From an uncultured delta proteobacterium (GTDB taxonomy: Bacteria > Desulfobacterota > Binatia > UBA9968): DNA of 64,000 nucleotides. The stretch is from contig CAVWLW010000013.1 of NCBI GenBank assembly GCA_963755715.1, positions 28,327-92,326 of the forward strand, written 5' to 3'. The notes under the pieces are model-generated. The model worked only from the letters and a program-made list of their open reading frames with translations. It was not told where the DNA came from and searched no databases. A program made the translations under genes and the position numbers. Below, piece by piece: positions 41,501 through 51,614 of this stretch (positions within the stretch are counted from its first letter, which is position 1; each line of letters opens with the position of its first letter).

Positions 41501-42263
41501 ATGGATCGGGAAACTTTTCGGGAGCAAATGCTAAGCGTAATGGAGCGCAAGAGCCACTGGGCCTGGCCGCTTTTTACGTCCGGCCGTGTGCCAAAGGATC
41601 GACTGCACTTTCATTTCGAACAGGAGTACGAAACTTATGTGCGCGACTTCCCGGTCCTCGTAGGTCGAGCCTATGTCCGATGCCCGATCGCAGAGATCCG
41701 CCGCAGTCTGGCAGAAAATTTATACGAAGAAGAAACCGGCGGGCTGGTCGCCGGTAGTCCCCATCCGCTTTTATTTTTAGAATATCCCCGCGGCCTCGGC
41801 ATGGATCTCAATCGGTTCGAGCATGTGCAACTTCTCCCGGCCGCGAAGCACTATCGAAATTTTCTCGACGACGCTACCCAACACTTTGGCTGGGATATCG
41901 CTGCCGCGGTCGTGACCATCTTCGTCGAAGGCTCGTCGGACGAGCGCTCGGCATTGAACGAGAAGAGTCGCCCGGATGCAGCGCCTTTGGAGCAACATCC
42001 GTTGGTCAAATATTACGGTCTCTCCGTGGATCACTCTGGCCCTCACCAAGGCGCATCGTCAGGTCGAAGGCTGCCACCGTGCCGCGGCGTGGAACGCGCT
42101 TCTCGATCATGTCGTGCCGATGCGGCGGGGTGCAGTCATCCGAGTGATGAGAGAAGCCCTGGAGCTCTGGCTGGCATATCGTGACGACGTGGCGGAAATT
42201 TGCGGTCTCGAACGCAATGGCGCGAGCGATCATCCGCGCCGTCGAGTCGCGGAAGTCGCTTGA
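41501..42263 (+). CDS. Heme-oxygenase-like diiron (CADD/PqqC/TenA superfamily) enzyme; frameshift near 42030
   Basis: ENLYEEETG...HPLLF, FVEGS and AHRQVEGCH give an E/H/E/H/E/H ligand pattern. Confidence 0.82.
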
Positions 42264-42267
42264 TCAA

Positions 42268-43569
42268 CTACTCGATCGGCTCGCCGCGATAACTTTTCGC
42301 GAGAATCTGCATGGGATTGAGCGGGCGGCGGCCGGTGCCTTGCTCGATTTGGATCGCCGCGAGGGGGCAATCCGAACACGTGACTTTCGGATTGTCCGCC
42401 GCCATGGCGTTGAAGGCGCGGCTGCCCCATTTCAAAGACTGCTCGAAATTTTCCTTTTTCATCGCCCAGGTGCCGTCGTGGCCGGAGCATTCTTCCACGA
42501 CCTTCACAGTCGTATCCGGTAAGAGCGCCAGCACATCGCGGGTTTTGTAGCCGACGTTTTGCGCGCGCAAATGGCAAGGCATGTGATAGCTGATATTGCC
42601 GGCGCCGCTTTTGAAGTCTTTTTTGAGCTTGCCCCGGCTCGCTAAGCCGGCAAGGAATTCCATCGGGTCCATGGTTTGGGCGGCGAGCTTTTTCGCTTCG
42701 TCCGTGCCGAGCAAGCGCGGATACTCGACGCGGATCATCTGCGAGCAACTGGGATTGGTCGCGATGATTTTGCGCCCTTCGTTCATGTGCACGCTCAAGC
42801 TGGCGACATTCTGTTTCGCCGCCTCGATGGCTCCGTCCATGTCACCGTCGTGCCAGAGCGGCATGCCGCAACAGCGCTCGTAAGCAAACGACACATCGAC
42901 GTTGTTGTGCGCCATCACATCCAGCGTATCAGTGCCGATTTCCGGTTGGTTGTAATTTACGTAGCACGTAGAGAAAAACGCGATCTTCGCTGCCGGCTCG
43001 CCCTCAAGAGTTTTGTGGCGGCCGGCGAATTGAGCCTCGAACGTTTTCGCGGCGAACGAAGGAAGCTTTTTGTCTTTGTGAATGCCGACGACGCTGTGCA
43101 GGAGCTGGCGATTGAGCGTATTTTCATTGGCCCAATTGGCGAGGGGCGCGATCGCCGTGCCGAGCTTTCCGACCAAATCGGGATTACCGAGCAGTTTGTC
43201 CACCAGCGGCACGCCCTTTTCTTTGACTTCTTGAGCTTTGGCGCGCGCCATCAGGCGGGGAAAATCGATCGCCCATTCGTGATCGCCGGGGGTGTAGGGA
43301 CATTTGATGTAACAAAGCTTGCATTGAAAGCAGAGATCGACGATCTGATGGACATCTTCGGTTTTTATTTTTTTGGTATCGACTTCGGCATATTTGCCTT
43401 CCGTGCAGTAGTCGTCGATGGCATCGAACATCGTCGGAAAGCTACCGCAGTACTTTACGCACATGCGGCAGTCGGCGCATAGACTGAAGATTCGCTCAAC
43501 TTCCGTGCGTAAATCTTTCTGATCGTAATAGCGGGGATCTGTAGGATTGTACGCTGGATTGTTTGACAC
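42268..43569 (-). CDS. Fe-S oxidoreductase, GlpC/HdrD-like (4Fe-4S dicluster plus CCG domains)
   Basis: CADCRMCVKYC, CFQCKLCYIKCP, CCGMP, YHMPCHL and CSGHDGTW. Confidence 0.9.
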   Translation of the reverse strand: MSNNPAYNPTDPRYYDQKDLRTEVERIFSLCADCRMCVKYCGSFPTMFDAIDDYCTEGKYAEVDTKKIKTEDVHQIVDLCFQCKLCYIKCPYTPGDHEWAIDFPRLMARAKAQEVKEKGVPLVDKLLGNPDLVGKLGTAIAPLANWANENTLNRQLLHSVVGIHKDKKLPSFAAKTFEAQFAGRHKTLEGEPAAKIAFFSTCYVNYNQPEIGTDTLDVMAHNNVDVSFAYERCCGMPLWHDGDMDGAIEAAKQNVASLSVHMNEGRKIIATNPSCSQMIRVEYPRLLGTDEAKKLAAQTMDPMEFLAGLASRGKLKKDFKSGAGNISYHMPCHLRAQNVGYKTRDVLALLPDTTVKVVEECSGHDGTWAMKKENFEQSLKWGSRAFNAMAADNPKVTCSDCPLAAIQIEQGTGRRPLNPMQILAKSYRGEPIE

Positions 43570-43897
43570 CGGGCGCGCTCCTTAATGAATTGGTTTAATA
43601 AGAGTACCCAGGGCAGCGCTTGGAAACAACTGCCGATAATGAATCTAGGCATATAGGAACAAAGAGTTCGGCAGCAAGGTGCATTGATGATCACCTGCTT
43701 CGCCGCCGATTCCCGCTCTGTTGCTTTTCGTTTCACGGCCCCGCTCGTTAAAGCTTTGCCTATCCGCCAGGCCCGCATAGCATAAATATCGCTTTAATTT
43801 TATGGACTAATGTATGGATTTTTTTGTCATTTAAACAAGATGTATTGCACCATTAACGTTGCGCGACGTTGTCCGTCTAATGGCCCAGGAGGTTCTT

Positions 43898-44308
43898 ATG
43901 ATAAAAAAAACATCTTTGGTATTTTTAGCGGCTGGAATCGTTTCTCTAATGGCATTCGGCAATCCCAACTCCGCCGAGGCGAATGCGCGCAATCGCCAGA
44001 AGAAGCTTGATCAGGCGGCGCATCGAGAGCTGCGCAAGGACTATGGTGAGTTGCAGCGCGACCGCGCAGATTTATCCCGCCTATACCGCAGCGGCGCGAG
44101 CCGAAGCGATATTTATCGGAAAAAGGCCGAAATCCGTGATGACTGGAGGGAGATCGGTCAAGACCGCCAGCAGATTTACCGGGGTGACCGATATAGCAAC
44201 GGCTACGGCAATGACGGCCGGTATGGAAGCCGGGATCGCTACGATAATAGCGGGTGGAATTGGGGGAACGGCTGGTGGGGGAATCGTGAGCGCGACCGGT
44301 GGCGATAG
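43898..44308 (+). CDS. Secreted hypothetical protein: helical core plus R/G/D/Y/W-rich tail
   Basis: AGGAGG RBS, signal peptide ending AEA, and a low-complexity C-terminus. Confidence 0.75.
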   Translation: MIKKTSLVFLAAGIVSLMAFGNPNSAEANARNRQKKLDQAAHRELRKDYGELQRDRADLSRLYRSGASRSDIYRKKAEIRDDWREIGQDRQQIYRGDRYSNGYGNDGRYGSRDRYDNSGWNWGNGWWGNRERDRWR

Positions 44309-44447
44309 GAATTTCGTTACGACCAGGGTTTGAATCTGACCGACTTGTCTGCGTCAGTTCTTCAATTCGAAGAGAGGCGGGATGCGCCCGCCTCTTCCTC
44401 TCAAACTTGACTTGACGATCACCTGAGCCGTATAAGCGAAAGAGCTT

Positions 44448-45650
44448 TTGGCTATTTCTCCGGAGGGCTCGGTGATCATCGATTGTGACAGCCATCTCAT
44501 GCCGCGCGATGCTTTCGATGGCATCGACGGCGAGTTCGCTTCTTGTAAACCGATACTCAAATTTAGCGAAGACGACCTGTACGTGGACGTCGATTTTCCC
44601 GGCTATCCGGCCGACGTGCCTGGTACGAGTCCGTTGCTCGCGCCCGGATCGGGCGCCATGTTCAAAAGTCTTTGGGACTCACGTTCACGGATGGACGACT
44701 ATGATAAGCGGCTCGGCATCGAGCAGCATGTGGTCCTGCCGCAGTTTTCTGGCTGGTGGTCCTATTTGATCGAGCCGCGGCTTGCATGCCGCATGGCGCG
44801 CTCGCACAACCAAGCGCTTAGGGGATTGATGACCGAATACCCGGGGAAAATTTTGGGCGCTGCACTAATTCCGCTCCAGGATATTCTCGGTTCCATCAGC
44901 GAAATGGAATGGGCCAAAGAGAACGGGTTTTGTTCGGTGGTGCTCGACAAAGTCTATCCGGTCAAGGATCACCCATACGGTGAGCCGCTTGGAAGTCACC
45001 GCGAGCTTTGGCCGTTCTTCAAACGCGCCGAGGAATTATCGATGCCGATCTATCTGCACAACGTGCAGCATGGTCACCGCATCAGCAACATGCCGGCATT
45101 TCAGCGCGACGGGCTTTATATATTCGCGCCGCAAGAGGGCCAGATGAGTCTGGTATCGCTTATTACCAGCGGCCTGTTGGACGAATTCCCCCACCTCCAG
45201 TTCGTCTTCACTGAAGCCGGCACGGCTTTTATCAAGCCGCTCGTGCAATGGCTGGACAAGGTCCTGGAGCAGCCGGTGGTGGATTACGATGATCAGGAAC
45301 AGCCGCTCTCAAACCGCACATTGACGAAGATCGGCGAGCGCCTGCGGCGCGCGCGCGCACTCTATCCGGCGCAGATTTTTCTGGAGAAAAATAAGCGGCC
45401 CGCCAGTTACTACTTCAAAAATAATTTCTATTTTACGATCGAGACCGAAGAGCCGGAACTGCCGGAAGCCGTCGAGTTTTTGGGCGCAGAAAGATTTCTA
45501 TTTGCGACCGATTATCCGCACGACGATCCCGGCGGCAAGATGAAATTCGAAGACGTGCGCCTGCTGAAAGAAAATCCCAGAATATCCGAAGCGGCCAAGG
45601 AGCTTATTCGCTGGCAGAACGCGCGGCGACTTTTCAACTTGGCCGTCTAA
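44448..45650 (+). CDS. Amidohydrolase_2 family protein
   Basis: IIDCDSHLMP, IYLH, FTEAG and FATDYPHDD. Confidence 0.9.
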   Translation: MAISPEGSVIIDCDSHLMPRDAFDGIDGEFASCKPILKFSEDDLYVDVDFPGYPADVPGTSPLLAPGSGAMFKSLWDSRSRMDDYDKRLGIEQHVVLPQFSGWWSYLIEPRLACRMARSHNQALRGLMTEYPGKILGAALIPLQDILGSISEMEWAKENGFCSVVLDKVYPVKDHPYGEPLGSHRELWPFFKRAEELSMPIYLHNVQHGHRISNMPAFQRDGLYIFAPQEGQMSLVSLITSGLLDEFPHLQFVFTEAGTAFIKPLVQWLDKVLEQPVVDYDDQEQPLSNRTLTKIGERLRRARALYPAQIFLEKNKRPASYYFKNNFYFTIETEEPELPEAVEFLGAERFLFATDYPHDDPGGKMKFEDVRLLKENPRISEAAKELIRWQNARRLFNLAV

Positions 45651-45655
45651 GCGTC

Positions 45656-46144
45656 ATGGCTATCCCTGCGCGCTACAACACGGGCTACAACATCGGCGTC
45701 GGCGGCGCGGTGGTGCGCGAGGGTCGACTTTTGCTCGTGCGCCGGGCTTCGCGCCATGGCCGCGGCAATTGGCAACTGCCGGGCGGCTTTATCGAGCCGG
45801 ATGAAACCATGGAGCAGGCCGTGGTGCGGGAAGTTAAAGAAGAAGCCGGTATCGTCGCCGAAGTGGAAGCCGTGCTTGGACTGCGCAGCCGCTACGATCC
45901 TGATAGCGGCAACGGCATCTACGTCGTGCTTCTATTGAGACCGATCAGCGGTGAGCCCATGGCGGATGAGCACGAAGTGGATCACGCGGAATACTTTACC
46001 CTCGATCAAATCCAGCAATTGAATCCTCTCCCGCCGGTCAATTGGGAAATTGCCCAGAGGGTGCTGGCACCCGACCGCCGTCTACTTTCGCCAAAACCGC
46101 TGACTAATCTAAACGGCGCCAAGTTTACTTTGTTTGTCGGCTAA
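45656..46144 (+). CDS. NUDIX hydrolase
   Basis: Nudix box GGFIEPDETMEQAVVREVKEEAG. Confidence 0.93.
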   Translation: MAIPARYNTGYNIGVGGAVVREGRLLLVRRASRHGRGNWQLPGGFIEPDETMEQAVVREVKEEAGIVAEVEAVLGLRSRYDPDSGNGIYVVLLLRPISGEPMADEHEVDHAEYFTLDQIQQLNPLPPVNWEIAQRVLAPDRRLLSPKPLTNLNGAKFTLFVG

Positions 46145-46173
46145 ATCAGCGAGTTAAGTTTTCTTTGCAGCGC

Positions 46174-46302
46174 CAGACTGTGTGAAAACTCTCTCGGAGC
46201 CCTTCGACGATGCTCAGGGCGAACGGATAAGTACTCAATTTCTAATGAGACCACACCGTTCGTGGTGAGCCTAGTCGAACCATGAACGGTGTTCACAGTC
46301 TG
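46174..46302. mobile_element. MITE-like element with terminal inverted repeats and an internal REP-like hairpin
   Basis: Ends cagactgtg...cacagtctg; internal ttcgac..gctca...gaacgg/ccgttc...tgagc..gtcgaa palindrome. Confidence 0.55.
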
Positions 46303-46345
46303 CCGCAGGGAGTGACGCAACGAGCCCGAGTGCTGCGGCGAGCGT

Positions 46346-47476
46346 TCAGCGTTCCGTTGGTGTCAGAATGATTACCTTTATTAAGAGCTCGCGGTTGGAT
46401 TTTGTGCCGAGCTCGTTGGTCATGCTGCCGATCGGCCGTTCTGAGTCGATCGCGGCTTCAGCGGCAAGTTCTTTTTTGAACTGATCGTAGTGCTCGGCGC
46501 GTACGGTAAACCACCTAACCTCGGTCATGGAACTCGGTTGCGGCGTTGCCGGGGCATCGGCACGCTTAGCCGCCGTGGCCGTTGCGCCGCCATCGGCTTC
46601 CGCGCGGCGCCGCAAGGCATCATTGCCGGCGGCTTCTTTGGGTTCGCGCGATTGAGCTTCCCGGCGTCTGACGACAAACTCTACATCCGCGCTCGGTTCG
46701 GTGAGCGGCGATAGCGCTCGTTCCGGAGCAAAACTCCCGGAGCGAAACGGCGTGCTGAAGGTCGTGCCGAAACCGAAAGGATCACCCGCCGACCGCAAAC
46801 TCTCCCGCCCGGTAGCGACTTCCTGGGCTTGGATCGGTGCCCGATGCGGAACATCTCTGAGCTCCGCTACCACATTTTCGGCTTCGGTTTTCGCGCTGCT
46901 TTGAGGCGCAACCGGCGCCGTGTCTTTTGACGCCGGGAAATCCGGCGCTGATTTGCCGCGCGCCTGTTGGGTAGCTTCAATTTTGCGTTCGACGTCAAGC
47001 TTGGTATTCGGTGTGGCAGTTGGCGGCGGCGCGTTCGGGCGCGCCGCATTGCCGCCAACATTGTCGTTTTGTTGGAGCAGTGACGGAACTGCAAGCGTTG
47101 GCGTCGTTGATTCGGTAGGCTGATTATTCTTGAATCGGGATTGGTTCTGATAGAGCAAGACCGCAAACACCGCGATTAGGACAGCGGCGCTAGCTTGCAT
47201 CGGCACGGCGAATCGGATCGGCGCGAATATCCTCTGCCAAGGACTCGATTTGACCTCGATGGCGCGCGCATGCGCCATCACCCGCTGGGCAAAGCCCATC
47301 GGTGGATCGACGATCGGCAGTCGAGCGATCTCTTGAATACAGTCCGCTAATCCATCGGCTTCAGCGCGGCAAACGGGACAGCTGAGAAGGTGGGTCTCGA
47401 TGCTCTTCATGCGCAGCGCGTCGAGCGAGCTTTCCAGATATTCTGACAGTTGGGTTTGCGCTTCTTGGCAGTTCAT
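46346..47476 (-). CDS. Anti-sigma factor (zf-HC2, one TM, Pro/Ala-rich periplasmic part)
   Basis: MNCQEAQ...HLLSCPVC; overlaps the sigma factor stop codon. Confidence 0.88.
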   Translation of the reverse strand: MNCQEAQTQLSEYLESSLDALRMKSIETHLLSCPVCRAEADGLADCIQEIARLPIVDPPMGFAQRVMAHARAIEVKSSPWQRIFAPIRFAVPMQASAAVLIAVFAVLLYQNQSRFKNNQPTESTTPTLAVPSLLQQNDNVGGNAARPNAPPPTATPNTKLDVERKIEATQQARGKSAPDFPASKDTAPVAPQSSAKTEAENVVAELRDVPHRAPIQAQEVATGRESLRSAGDPFGFGTTFSTPFRSGSFAPERALSPLTEPSADVEFVVRRREAQSREPKEAAGNDALRRRAEADGGATATAAKRADAPATPQPSSMTEVRWFTVRAEHYDQFKKELAAEAAIDSERPIGSMTNELGTKSNRELLIKVIILTPTER

Positions 47477-48051
47477 ACCGCTTTCCTCCCTGCGCAGAAA
47501 TACGACGCGAGCCGTGATTTCAGAGCTCGCCGCGCGCGATGCAACCGAGATTTCACTGTTCCGACCGGGATCTCGAGCACGCGCGCGACTTCGTCGTAAG
47601 GAATATCTTGCAGGTCTCTTAGCAGAATGACCTCAGCGTCTTCGGGGTCCAATTGATTTAATGCAGATTGCACTCTTTCGCGAATCTCCTTTTTTTCAAG
47701 TACGTCGGACGGGCCCGGTTGCGGATCGCTCAATGGGTCGGCGTTCTCGATGGACATGATCCTGCGTTGTCTGATTCCCAGAGTCTTGCGCCGAGTGCTC
47801 GCATGATTGAGGGCGATGCGGTAGAGCCAGGTGGAAAAATTGGCGTCGCCGCGAAATTGACCGACCGCGCGAAAAGCCGATAAAAAAACTTCCTGGGAAA
47901 TCTCCGCGGCCTCGTCGTAGTCGCCAAGCATTCGGTAGACCAAATTGAAAATCGTCTTTTCATGACGGCGCACGAGAAACTCGAAAGCGTCCGTCTCTCC
48001 CCGCTGCAGCCTCCGGACGCATTCCGCGTCACTCATCCCGTCCGACACCAT
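47473..48051 (-). CDS. ECF sigma-70 factor (RpoE-like)
   Basis: FSTWLYRIALN and GTVKSRLHRAR. Confidence 0.93.
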   Translation of the reverse strand: MVSDGMSDAECVRRLQRGETDAFEFLVRRHEKTIFNLVYRMLGDYDEAAEISQEVFLSAFRAVGQFRGDANFSTWLYRIALNHASTRRKTLGIRQRRIMSIENADPLSDPQPGPSDVLEKKEIRERVQSALNQLDPEDAEVILLRDLQDIPYDEVARVLEIPVGTVKSRLHRARRALKSRLASYFCAGRKAV

Positions 48052-48111
48052 CGCTTTTGCAGTATTAGACAAATCTTCCAAGGAAAAGGTTCCCGGCCCA
48101 GCCTAGCCAAC

Positions 48112-49485
48112 CTAAATCGTTGAGGATAGGGGGAGTGTACCAAGCTTGGATGCCTCATGGCTAGAGCCACCCGTGGTTGTCCGGGTTGGTTCTCCCGTAG
48201 CCGGGAGTCGATGATTCAATTGGCTGACGAGTAGCTTGAGCCGATTGACCTCGGCGCCGAGTCTGCGCTGTGTAAATGCTGTCTTATTGTGCCAGAGCGG
48301 CTCGTCAAGGTTGATCCAGCGCCGGCACTGCTCGCCGTCCGGGGTGCCTGGGATAGGCGAAAATTCCGAAAGCATGACTCTGATGCCAAGCCGATGCGCC
48401 ATGTGGATCGAATCCTCGACGGCCTGTTCCTCGTCATTTGGATGGCCAATGATCAGATAGGCATGGAGCCCGCTCCGATCGGCCCCGGCGGACATCAAAA
48501 TTTCCACTGCCCGGGCCAGTTCGTTTGAATAGACTTTGCCGCCGGTCTTTTTTTGCCAGGCGTAAGCGCTGCTTTCAAAACCAAGATAGAAGTTCTTAAA
48601 GCCGGTGGCGACCATCAAGCGCGCCAATTCCCGGTCAATAAAACGCGCGTTGAGCGCGTTGGGCGTGTGAAAATTAACTTCTATGTTGCGGCGCAATATT
48701 TCTTTCAGGAACGGCTTCAGAATCTGCTCCGGCCGATAGAGCAGGGCGTCGTCGTAAAACGCCACCTGTTTAACGCCGCATTGTTTCAGGAACTCCAATT
48801 CGGCGATGGAACGATCGAGAGGGCGCGCGTGAAACTTCGGATAAACTTGCGGCACGGAGCAATAGGTGCAGCGAAAAGGGCAGCCGTCGGCGAGCTTAAG
48901 GACTCCGGTTTGCAAGCTCGGATAAAGATCCCAAAGCGGCATGGCGCGGTCGTCGGGCGCCATCTCTAGAAAACGCCACAAGGGCGCCAAATCTGTGCCT
49001 TCGACGACGAGGTCGGTGCCAAGGCCGCGGGCGTGGGCCGGGCAGATGGTCGCGTAGACGCCGCCGAGAATAATTTTTGTTTCCGGATGTTGAGCGCGAA
49101 TCTCCTCGATGACCTCTTCCACGCCGGGATACCAATACGTCATGCCGGTCTGAATCAGAGCAAAATCATAATGTCCCTCGCCGGCCAGAAAAGTTTGGAA
49201 TTCTCCGCGAGGCAAGCCGAAGCGGCGAAAACGCCGTCGGATATCCGTGAAGATCGGCGGTGTAGGCGCCGGTTGTGAAAAAAATTCGCCGCGTCCCCAT
49301 GGATCGGCGCGATAATTTGTTTTCGGTACTCGCGCATCGAGGCGGTCGAGAAAATCAAACAGGCTGAACTCTGCCTGTCCGCGCAGGAAACCAGCCACCC
49401 GCAACATGCCGTATGGCTTCAACCAAAAATCGTAAGCGGAAAAATCGTAGATCGGCGGATTGACGAGCAGGATGCGCGGCTTCAT
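48112..49485 (-). CDS. B12-binding-domain radical SAM protein
   Basis: ILLVNPPIYDF, IILGGVYAT, GCPFRCTYC and FYDDALL. Confidence 0.9.
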   Translation of the reverse strand: MKPRILLVNPPIYDFSAYDFWLKPYGMLRVAGFLRGQAEFSLFDFLDRLDARVPKTNYRADPWGRGEFFSQPAPTPPIFTDIRRRFRRFGLPRGEFQTFLAGEGHYDFALIQTGMTYWYPGVEEVIEEIRAQHPETKIILGGVYATICPAHARGLGTDLVVEGTDLAPLWRFLEMAPDDRAMPLWDLYPSLQTGVLKLADGCPFRCTYCSVPQVYPKFHARPLDRSIAELEFLKQCGVKQVAFYDDALLYRPEQILKPFLKEILRRNIEVNFHTPNALNARFIDRELARLMVATGFKNFYLGFESSAYAWQKKTGGKVYSNELARAVEILMSAGADRSGLHAYLIIGHPNDEEQAVEDSIHMAHRLGIRVMLSEFSPIPGTPDGEQCRRWINLDEPLWHNKTAFTQRRLGAEVNRLKLLVSQLNHRLPATGEPTRTTTGGSSHEASKLGTLPLSSTI

Positions 49486-49502
49486 TCCAGTACGCTGCTT
49501 AC

Positions 49503-50435
49503 TTACACCGGCTCGTTCCACAAATGACTGAACTCTGTGGCGACGACCTGCTCATAGGCGACCGGCGCTTTAAGCAATCCGATGTCTTGAGCGAAACGGT
49601 TCATGCTCAAGACTTTTTCGCGTGGGATGTGGGGATCATAATAGGGAAGATCGCGGCGCACGAGCTCGGCGATGAGCTCCGCTTCCGCGGGAGGGAAGCG
49701 CTTTTGGCCGACAGCCGTGGCGCGGCTCGGGTCCTCTTTGAGCGCCTTGTGCGCTTTCATCAGGGCGCGAATGGCGGCGCGCGCCGATTCGGGTTGTTCC
49801 TTAATTTGTTTTTCCGTGGCGACCAGCGCGGAAAAAGTATAGTCGCGCGCCTCCGCCGGACCGTCGCCCCGGCGCACATCGAGCACCATGGCGCCGACGC
49901 CGCGACGCAACGCGACTTCACAGCCCATACCGTTGGCCCAAAAGCCGTCAAGCTTGCCGTCCTCGAGCGCTTTCGCGGCGGAGAGCCCGAAGGAAACATT
50001 CGGACCGGCAGCGCCGGGGATGGGCATGATTTGCACGTTGTTTTTTTCCGGATCGATGCCGGCCGCGACCAGCATCCGCTGCAGGCTCAAATTCACGCCG
50101 GGAGCCGCGCCGATGCGCAGTCCCTTGACCAGGCTCAGATCGCCGCGCTTTGGATGCAAATCGCTGCGAATCACGAGAAACCAATAAGTGTGCTGGCCGC
50201 AAGCGGCGAGCAATTTAGCGCCCTGCCATTCGGGGAAGGCAAGCAGCGTCGCATGCGCCGAGCCGACGACGAAATCGAGATTGCCGTCGCGCAGCGCTTC
50301 GAAGGTTTTCGGAATGGGAAATAACAAATCGACCGAAGCATCAAAGCCCTCTTGCTTAAAAAAACCCATCTCCACGGCGGCAATAATGGGGAAATAAGAA
50401 TTGGACACTAAATCCGGAACGGCGATGCGAAGCAT
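49503..50435 (-). CDS. NitT/TauT substrate-binding-like protein lacking a signal peptide
   Basis: Starts directly with MLRIAVPDLVSNSYFP after an AGGAGA RBS; MGFFKQEG. Confidence 0.85.
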   Translation of the reverse strand: MLRIAVPDLVSNSYFPIIAAVEMGFFKQEGFDASVDLLFPIPKTFEALRDGNLDFVVGSAHATLLAFPEWQGAKLLAACGQHTYWFLVIRSDLHPKRGDLSLVKGLRIGAAPGVNLSLQRMLVAAGIDPEKNNVQIMPIPGAAGPNVSFGLSAAKALEDGKLDGFWANGMGCEVALRRGVGAMVLDVRRGDGPAEARDYTFSALVATEKQIKEQPESARAAIRALMKAHKALKEDPSRATAVGQKRFPPAEAELIAELVRRDLPYYDPHIPREKVLSMNRFAQDIGLLKAPVAYEQVVATEFSHLWNEPV

Positions 50436-50511
50436 TTTATCTCCTTGGCAATGGCGCGCAGCTCTCAGACGATTTGAACGGCTAGAACGTGTGGAGCTTT
50501 TGAACGTCTAT

Positions 50512-50862
50512 TTAATCTGCCAGTGGCACGGTCATGAAAACGTGCGGCTCGTTGCCGAGCACGCGCGAGGTGTGGCCTTCACCGGAAGTGTCGTCGGCGA
50601 GCATGACGTCGCCGGTTTTGAAAACCCGCTTAACGCCGTTGCTTGCTTCGATTTCCCAGGAGCCGGACAGCGTCACGAGGAACTGGCGGCGCGGCGCCGG
50701 GTGGCGTTCGAGAAACAAACCAACCGGAGCGGAGCGAAAAACCGCGCTGCTGGCAGCGCGCGCATCCGTTGTCAGCAGCGGTTGATCGCCACTGAACTTG
50801 AGCTCGAGCTCTTCGAAGTGAGATTTTTGATCGCTGCCGGTAAAAAGCCGGGTGATTTTCAT
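50512..50862 (-). CDS. Cupin-domain protein
   Basis: SHFEE, HPAPRRQF and DDTSGEGH. Confidence 0.85.
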   Translation of the reverse strand: MKITRLFTGSDQKSHFEELELKFSGDQPLLTTDARAASSAVFRSAPVGLFLERHPAPRRQFLVTLSGSWEIEASNGVKRVFKTGDVMLADDTSGEGHTSRVLGNEPHVFMTVPLAD

Positions 50863-50950
50863 TGCTGCCCTCCCATTTTTTTGGTGCCCTAGATTTTGCT
50901 GGCATTCTCCGGCGTGAATTTTTTTATCGAGCGAACAACTGGGGCCTTAA

Positions 50951-51592
50951 TCAAAGCGGCGTTTGGCGGCGCTCCAGGGCTCGGGTCCATTTCTTTTCGG
51001 CATCTCTGCCGAAGATCATCATCTTGTCGGCCGGGATCACGAACCAGGCCTGGCTCTTAATTTCGGCCGCGAGTTGACCCGGCCCCCAGCCGGTGTAACC
51101 GAGCATGAACAGCGATTGCTTGGGGCCATGGCCGGTCGCGATGGCCTCGATCATCTGAACGTCTGAAGTCATGGCGATGCCATCTTTCACCTGGATCGAG
51201 CTTTCCAGCTTTACGTCGTCGGTGTGGAGCACAAAACCTTGGCGTGCGCTGACCGGTCCGCCATAGTGAATGACGATCTCGCGTTTCGAGCCCTTTGCCG
51301 CGGCGCCGAATCCTTTGAGCAGGTCATCGATGGGACCTTCGGCCAACGGTCGATTAATGATCAATCCTAGAGTTCCTTCAGAGTTGTGCTTGACCATGTA
51401 AATCACAGTCTCGGCGAAGCGTGGATCGTTCATCTCCTCGCTCGCTACCAAAAACTGTCCGGCGAGGTCGCGATCGTTTACTTCGTCGCCCGGTTCGCTC
51501 AAGCTAGGAATGAAACACGCGAGGAATGCGCACAAGCACGCCCATCGCAATCTGTTGCGCGCGGCGTGAAAATTAAAAACACTCGATCTCAT
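50951..51592 (-). CDS. YqgE/AlgH family protein with a signal-peptide-like extension
   Basis: DPRFAETVIY, GLIINRP, YGGPV and GYTGWGPGQL..E. Confidence 0.9.
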   Translation of the reverse strand: MRSSVFNFHAARNRLRWACLCAFLACFIPSLSEPGDEVNDRDLAGQFLVASEEMNDPRFAETVIYMVKHNSEGTLGLIINRPLAEGPIDDLLKGFGAAAKGSKREIVIHYGGPVSARQGFVLHTDDVKLESSIQVKDGIAMTSDVQMIEAIATGHGPKQSLFMLGYTGWGPGQLAAEIKSQAWFVIPADKMMIFGRDAEKKWTRALERRQTPL

Positions 51593-51614
51593 CAATCTTG
51601 ACCGCAGGCTTCGT

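Noticed and set aside
46346-49485. B12 radical SAM gene as part of a RiPP cluster
   Set aside because: No precursor peptide, RRE/SPASM domain, peptidase or exporter is adjacent.
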